Part shown: piece by piece, positions 58,949 through 64,000 of the stretch
Position numbering within the stretch: position 1 is the first letter of the stretch
Layout: each line of letters begins with the position of its first letter
Assembly (NCBI GenBank): GCA_963841435.1
Contig: CAWJCS010000003.1
Location: 1,440,001 to 1,504,000 of the forward strand
Direction: 5' to 3'
DNA length: 64,000 nt
From: an uncultured delta proteobacterium
GTDB taxonomy: Bacteria; Myxococcota_A; Polyangia; Polyangiales; Polyangiaceae
Translations under genes and position numbers: made by a program
Notes under the pieces: generated by a model
Told to the model about the DNA's origin: nothing
Seen by the model: only the letters and a program-made list of their open reading frames with translations
Database searches by the model: none

Positions 58949-59716
58949 ATGTGCGGTCGCTACACCAACGAGGCGGCGCTCAGCGACGTGAGGCTCACGT
59001 TCGAGGTGGAGCAGGTCGAGCTCTTCCGCGACTGGAAGCCCACCTACAACATCACGCCGTCGTACGGCCCCGGTTTCGAGCAGCTCATCGTCGTCCGCAC
59101 GCGCGACGGGGTGCGCACGCTGAGGCTCGGGCGTTTCTGGATGATTCCGCCTCATTTCAACAAGCCGCTCGCGGAGCTGCCCACCTCCTTCAACGCTCGC
59201 GCCGAGGAGCTCGCCAAGAAGCCGATGTGGCGAGGGGCCTTCCGTTCGTCGCGCTGCCTCGTGCCCGCCACCGGCTGGCGCGAGTTCACGGGGCCCGCCG
59301 GGGCCAAGCAGCCGTACCATTTCCACTTCGGCCACTCGCTTTTCGCGTTCGCGGGGCTCTTTTCCCAGTGGCAGTCGCCCGACGGCGAGCTCGTCAACTC
59401 GTTTGCCATCGTCACCACCGAGCCCAACGCCGTCGCCGCGCCCATCCACGACCGCATGCCGCTCGTGATGCCGAAGCACCGCTACGCGGATTGGCTCGAC
59501 CCGGGCGTCGACCCCGCCTCGGTGCTCGCCGAAGCCGAACTAAAAAGCCGTACGCTCGTCGTCGAGGTGTACCCGTCCGATCCCATCGCCAACGGCGGGC
59601 GCTACGAGGGGCCGCTTGCCATCGCACGGCTCGCGAAACCGGAGCCGCGACCCACGCCCGTGCAAACGTCGCTGTTCGGCGACGAGACCGCCCCAAAAAA
59701 GGCGCGGCGTCGCTGA
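58949..59716 (+). CDS. SOS response-associated peptidase (SRAP; YedK/HMCES family), abasic-site protection protein
   Basis: MCGRY N-terminus, YNITP, FNARAE, RCLVPATGWRE, FAGL, IHDRMP. Confidence 0.95.
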   Translation: MCGRYTNEAALSDVRLTFEVEQVELFRDWKPTYNITPSYGPGFEQLIVVRTRDGVRTLRLGRFWMIPPHFNKPLAELPTSFNARAEELAKKPMWRGAFRSSRCLVPATGWREFTGPAGAKQPYHFHFGHSLFAFAGLFSQWQSPDGELVNSFAIVTTEPNAVAAPIHDRMPLVMPKHRYADWLDPGVDPASVLAEAELKSRTLVVEVYPSDPIANGGRYEGPLAIARLAKPEPRPTPVQTSLFGDETAPKKARRR

Positions 59717-59792
59717 GGGCAGAGGCCCGACGCGAAGCGCCTCGCCCGAAAAGCAGCCATACCGCCGGCCGCGCGGTGTATGACACGCGCTG

Positions 59793-61787
59793 GTGCCGAG
59801 CGTCGCTCCCTCACCCTCGCTGATCTTCGACGACGCCGACCCGGGTCTCACGGCGCGCGCGCACGGTGGCGGCACGCTCCTGTCCGTGGAGCGGAGCGTG
59901 CCCGCCGCTCGCTTCACCTGCCGGCTCGGCAAGCCCCGCGGCGTCACGCGCGCCGTCGCGCTCTTTCGCTACGAGCCGTTCTGGATGATGCCCCGCCCCA
60001 TCGCCGACGTGGGCGCTGTCCCGCCCGACACCCAGCTTCTGCTGCTCGAGCTCGGCTCGGGTGCGGTTGCGCTCGTCGTGCCGCTGCTCGCGCCGCCGTA
60101 CCGTGTGGGGCTCGCGGGCGCGGACGGAGCGCTCGTCGCCGTCGCCGACAGCGGCGATCCGGAGACGAGCGGCAAGCGGGCCGACCTCGTGTACGTCGCC
60201 GTCGGCTCCGATCTCCACGCGCTCGTCGCGAACGGCGCCGACGACGTGGCCCGACTGCTCGGCGTGCGCCTGCGCCGCGCCGAGCACCCTCCTGACTTCG
60301 TCGATCGATTCGGCTGGTGCACGTGGGATGCCTTCTACCGAGATGTCTCGCACGAGCGGGTGCGCGAGGGCCTCGAGAGCTTCCGGAAGGGCGGCGTCGA
60401 GCCGCGGTTCTTGATCCTGGATGACGGCTGGCAGCCCGTTCGAAAGGCCCCGACGGGCGAAGAACGCTTGGGCGGCGTCGGCGCGAACGAGAAATTCCCA
60501 GGTGGCCTCGGCCCCACCGTGCGGCTCGCCAAGGAGTCGTTCTCGGTCACGACCTTCCTGGTCTGGCACGCCGTGCACGGCTACTGGGGCGGGCTCGACG
60601 AGCAAGCCTTCCCCGACCTCGGCGTCTCCTCGACGCTGCGCTGGCAGTCACCGGAAATCCTGGCCCACTTTCCGCAAGGCAACTGGGAGTTCTGGGGCGC
60701 GATGGTCGGCCGCCCCGCGCCGAGTGCCGTGCCGGGCTTTTACGACCGCTACCATGCCGCGCTCGCCGCCGAGGGCGTCGACGGCGTGAAGGTCGACAAT
60801 CAAGCGTCGATCGAAGGGCTCGCCCACGGCGCCGGGGGCCGCGTCGAGGCCGCACGCGAGGTGCGCGCCGGCCTCGAAGCGAGCGTCGCGCGGCACTTCC
60901 GAGGCCGGCTCATCAACTGCATGTCGTGCTCGACGGACCTCCTCTACCAGACGAAGCACTTCGGGCTCACGCGCACTTCCACTGATTTTTGGCCCAATCG
61001 GCCGGAATCGCACGGCCTACACGCCTACACCAATGCGCTCGTGAGCCTGTGGTTCGGCGAGTTCGCCGACGTGGACTTCGACATGTTCCAATCGGGGCAC
61101 CCCGCGGGCGCCTTTCATGCTGCGCTGCGCGCCGTGAGCGGCGGCCCCGTGTACGTCTCCGACAAGCCCGGCAGCCACGACTTCGAGCTCCTGAAAAGGC
61201 TCGTGCTCTCGGACGGCAGCGTGCTCCGTGCGCGCCACCCCGGCCGACCCACGCGCGATTGCCTGTTCGAGAACGTCCTCGACGCCCCCGTCCTCTTCAA
61301 GATCTGGAACGAGAACAGGAGCGGCAGTGGGGTCGTCGGCCTCTTCAACGTACGCCACGTCGACGGCGGCGGGCTCGTCGGCGGCCACGTGTGCCCTAGC
61401 GACGTGCCGACGCTGTCTGGCGACGATTTCGCCGTTTACCTGTACGGCGCGCGCACGGTCGCACGCGTCCGCCGCCAACAGCGCGTCGCCGTGTCGCTCG
61501 GCCCCCTGCGGGCCGAAGTCGCGACGATCGTGCCCGTGACCGAAGGTTTTGCCGCGCTCGGCCTCGCCGACAAGCTGAACAGCGGCGGCGCCGTGACCGC
61601 CGTACGCCACCAGCCGCAAGGGGTCGAGATCGACCTCTGCGACGGCGGTTCGTTCGTCGCGTACGCCGCTCGTCGGCCGCGAGCCGTGCGAGTCGACGAA
61701 AGGAACGTGCCCTTCGAGCACGAGGGCACGCTCCTTACCGTCGCCGTTCCCGTCGGGCAGCCGCGAAGCATCGCGGTCGAGCCCTGA
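59793..61787 (+). CDS. GH36 Sip1/raffinose-synthase-like alpha-galactosidase
   Basis: FGWCTWDAFY, LILDDGWQ, VWHAVHGYWGG, GVDGVKVDNQ, INCMS, RTSTDFWP, DFDMFQS, SGGPVYVSDKPG. Confidence 0.93.
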   Translation: MPSVAPSPSLIFDDADPGLTARAHGGGTLLSVERSVPAARFTCRLGKPRGVTRAVALFRYEPFWMMPRPIADVGAVPPDTQLLLLELGSGAVALVVPLLAPPYRVGLAGADGALVAVADSGDPETSGKRADLVYVAVGSDLHALVANGADDVARLLGVRLRRAEHPPDFVDRFGWCTWDAFYRDVSHERVREGLESFRKGGVEPRFLILDDGWQPVRKAPTGEERLGGVGANEKFPGGLGPTVRLAKESFSVTTFLVWHAVHGYWGGLDEQAFPDLGVSSTLRWQSPEILAHFPQGNWEFWGAMVGRPAPSAVPGFYDRYHAALAAEGVDGVKVDNQASIEGLAHGAGGRVEAAREVRAGLEASVARHFRGRLINCMSCSTDLLYQTKHFGLTRTSTDFWPNRPESHGLHAYTNALVSLWFGEFADVDFDMFQSGHPAGAFHAALRAVSGGPVYVSDKPGSHDFELLKRLVLSDGSVLRARHPGRPTRDCLFENVLDAPVLFKIWNENRSGSGVVGLFNVRHVDGGGLVGGHVCPSDVPTLSGDDFAVYLYGARTVARVRRQQRVAVSLGPLRAEVATIVPVTEGFAALGLADKLNSGGAVTAVRHQPQGVEIDLCDGGSFVAYAARRPRAVRVDERNVPFEHEGTLLTVAVPVGQPRSIAVEP

Positions 61788-61797
61788 CCGAGCGCGC

Positions 61798-62346
61798 TCA
61801 GGCCGCCTGCGTCGCGGAAGCCTTCACGGCCTGCACCTCGAGCTCGAGCTCGACCTTCTCACCGACGAGCACGCCGCCTGCCTCGAGCGCCTGGTTCCAC
61901 TTGAGCCCGTAGTCACGCCGGTCGAGGCTCCCCTTCGCCGTGAACAGAGCGCGCTGGTTGCCCCAGGGGTCCTTGGCAAGACCGCCGAACTCCGCATCGA
62001 GCGTGATGTCGCGCGTCACGTCGCGGATCGTGAGCTTGCCGTGCACCTTGAGGCTGCCGCCGCCCAGGTCCTCGACGCGCGTGCTCTTGAAGGAGAGCTC
62101 GGGGAACTTTTCGGCGTCGAAGAAGTCCGCGGAGCGGAGATGCTTGTCACGATCGCCGGTGCCCGTGTCGATGCTGCTCGCGTCGATGGTCACTTCGACC
62201 GACGAGCGCTCGAGCTGCTCCGGATCGAGGTGCACGGTGCCCTGGAAGGTGTCGAACCGACCGCGCACCTTGGCGAAGACCATGTGTCGTACGGCGAAGC
62301 CGACGCCGGAATGATGGGGATCGAGCTTGAAATCTTGAGTCGTCAT
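61798..62346 (-). CDS. YceI-family protein
   Basis: LDPHHSGVGFAVRHM, SIDTG, RDKHLRSADFFD, GKLTIRDVT, DPWG, RRDYGLKWN. Confidence 0.95.
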   Translation of the reverse strand: MTTQDFKLDPHHSGVGFAVRHMVFAKVRGRFDTFQGTVHLDPEQLERSSVEVTIDASSIDTGTGDRDKHLRSADFFDAEKFPELSFKSTRVEDLGGGSLKVHGKLTIRDVTRDITLDAEFGGLAKDPWGNQRALFTAKGSLDRRDYGLKWNQALEAGGVLVGEKVELELEVQAVKASATQAA

Positions 62347-62420
62347 GGGTTCCTCCTGCGTTCGCCATCCAACATGTAACCGTTCGGCCCATTGGACTAG
62401 GCCACTAAATTGGAATATAC

Positions 62421-62438
62421 TGTTGCTCCATTGGAACA
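62421..62438. promoter_or_regulatory. Putative LysR-type operator (TGTT-N10-AACA, contains T-N11-A)
   Basis: tgttgctccattggaaca dyad in an AT-rich patch between divergent yceI-like and lysR genes, overlapping the probable lysR start. Confidence 0.55.
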
Positions 62439-63370
62439 ATCTCGAAGGCGGACCCAGGGGGATCTGAACGAGGTGCTCGCCTTTGCCGCGGTCGTGCGGA
62501 CGGGCAGCTTCACGCGCGCGGGCAGCGAGCTTTCACTGCCGAAGTCGAGTGTCAGTCGCAAGGTCGCGGACCTCGAAGCGAGGCTCGGCTCGCGGTTGCT
62601 CCAGCGCACCACGCGCAGCCTCAGCCTGACGGACGCGGGTCGGGCCTTCTACGAGCACGCGCAACGCATCGTCGCCGAGCTCGAGGCGGCAACCGACACG
62701 GTGCTCGAGCTCGAGCAGGCGCCGCGCGGGCTCTTGCGAGTGACGACGCCCCTCAACTTCGGCACCTTCGCGCTCCTCGCTTCGTCCTTCGTCAGGCGCT
62801 ACCCCGAGGTCGCGCTCGATTCTGGTGTGCTCGGACCGCATGGTCGACCTCGTCGAGGAAAAGTTCGACGTGGCGATCCGCGCGAGCAAGCTCGCCGACT
62901 CGAGCCTCGTCGCTCGCCCGCTCGGGATCCTCAGAAGCTTCCTCGTCGCGGCGCCCTCGTACCTCCGGGCCCACGGCACGCCGCGAAAACCGGGCGACCT
63001 TTCGTCTCACGAGTGCCTGGTGTTCGGGGCCGGCACCGATCGCGGCCATTTTCGGCTGACCCGCAAGAACAAAGAGGTCGTCGTCAAGGCGCAAGGTCGC
63101 CTCGTGGTCAACGACTTCGACATCCTGCGCGGTGCCGCGCTCGACGGGCTCGGCATCACCCTCATGCCGGCGCCGCGCATCGGCGACGACCTCGAGGTCG
63201 GGCGGCTCGTGCGCGTGCTACCCGATTGGTGCTCGCCCGCGCGTCCCATCCAGGCCGTCTATCCGAGCACGCGTCACCTTTCGCCGAAGGTGCGTGTCTT
63301 CGTCGATCACCTGGCAAGCAGCACGGACAAGCTTCCCTGGGAGCCGCTGCCCCGTGCACAGAACGCGTGA
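62431..63370 (+). CDS. LysR-family transcriptional regulator, CrgA/DmlR-like (one extra base near 62820)
   Basis: HTH FAAVVRTGSFTRAG...SVSRKVADLEARLGSRLLQRTTRSLSLTDAG; the effector domain continues DRMVDLVEEKFDVAIR...LSPKVRVFVD. Start uncertain. Confidence 0.92.
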
Positions 63371-63445
63371 AGCGCCGTCCGGACAGGGTCGCGCGCGCGG
63401 TGGACCCAGGCCGCACGTCGCGACCGCTGCCGCGGGCCGCGGATG

Positions 63446-64000
63446 CTACTGGAAGATGCTGGCCCGGGTCGCGTCGAGTGGGCAGGTGTCGGCGCCCCAC
63501 GCCGTGAGCGGGCCGGTCCACTTCGAGTTCATGTTGAGCTCTGGGTACTCGGTGTCGCCGTACCAGAGCCACGGCGTGTAGCCCTGCTTGTTCGCGTTCG
63601 CGCGGCTGATGACGGTCTGCCACTCGACGGCGCCGCTCGAGTGCGTATTGCCGAACTCGCCGACGAGAAGGGGAATGCCCCCGCTCTGGGCGCTGTCCAT
63701 GCAGCCCTGCACCATCGCCGCCGTGCCGCCGTGGCCACCGTTGTACGTGAGGTACGTGTAGATGTGCACGTCGAAGAGGATGTTGTGGAGGGGATCCGCG
63801 GTGACGATGGGGCCGCCGCCGAGCAGCGAGTCGCAGCCCTGGCCCCAGTCGTTGCCGGTGATGACGAGCGTGTGCTCGAGGCCCGCATTGCGCAAATACG
63901 CGACGGCGGCGTCGTACTCGGAATTGAAGCTCGCGGCGGCGATGTTGTACTCGTTCGCGATCCCGAGCAGCATGTAAGGCTCGTAGGCCTCGAGCACGGC
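63446..64000 (-). CDS. GH5 glycoside hydrolase, probable endo-beta-mannanase; C-terminal part only (start lies beyond the window end)
   Basis: Acid/base IANEY, NDWGQ, DPLHNILFDVHIY, nucleophile LVGEFG, PWLW. Confidence 0.8.
   Translation of the reverse strand, partial: AVLEAYEPYMLLGIANEYNIAAASFNSEYDAAVAYLRNAGLEHTLVITGNDWGQGCDSLLGGGPIVTADPLHNILFDVHIYTYLTYNGGHGGTAAMVQGCMDSAQSGGIPLLVGEFGNTHSSGAVEWQTVISRANANKQGYTPWLWYGDTEYPELNMNSKWTGPLTAWGADTCPLDATRASIFQ

Noticed and set aside
9842-63370. Calling the six frameshifted genes pseudogenes or programmed frameshifts
   Set aside because: Each has one +1 base with no other decay and no slippery heptamer; the pattern fits sequencing error.

Overview
High-GC bacterial DNA whose gene content points to a myxobacterium, probably Polyangiaceae/Sorangiineae-like (inference). 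The clues are Hanks-type Ser/Thr kinases, a TPR/PEGA protein, giant Cys-rich lipoproteins, a vWA lipoprotein and a TSP3-OmpA protein. About 44 protein-coding genes; no rRNA, tRNA, CRISPR array or mobile element was recognised. Main blocks: (1) 1-4.9 kb: VOC-family protein, aquaporin, MscL, DUF481 barrel, a lipoprotein and a DUF89/ARMT1 phosphatase. (2) 5.2-21.6 kb: a pectin-utilisation locus with two tandem paralogous putative outer-membrane barrels of no family I recognise, a four-gene lipoprotein operon (Cys-rich x2, vWA, lectin-like), ExuT, PL3, KduD, an IolB-type isomerase in the position of KduI, PL1, GH28 and a DUF4861-GH105 fusion. (3) 22-35 kb: a phosphatase/kinase/TPR-PEGA cassette with two giant Cys-rich repeat lipoproteins that share a C-terminal tip domain, plus a PilZ-domain kinase with an in-frame TGA. 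(4) 35-59 kb: envelope, transport and signalling genes, including an EAD-like/pseudokinase/TPR giant protein. (5) 59-64 kb: SRAP, GH36, YceI/LysR and a partial GH5. Six genes each carry one extra base that looks like a systematic sequencing error rather than real pseudogenisation. All family calls come from motif recognition by eye; no database search was run.
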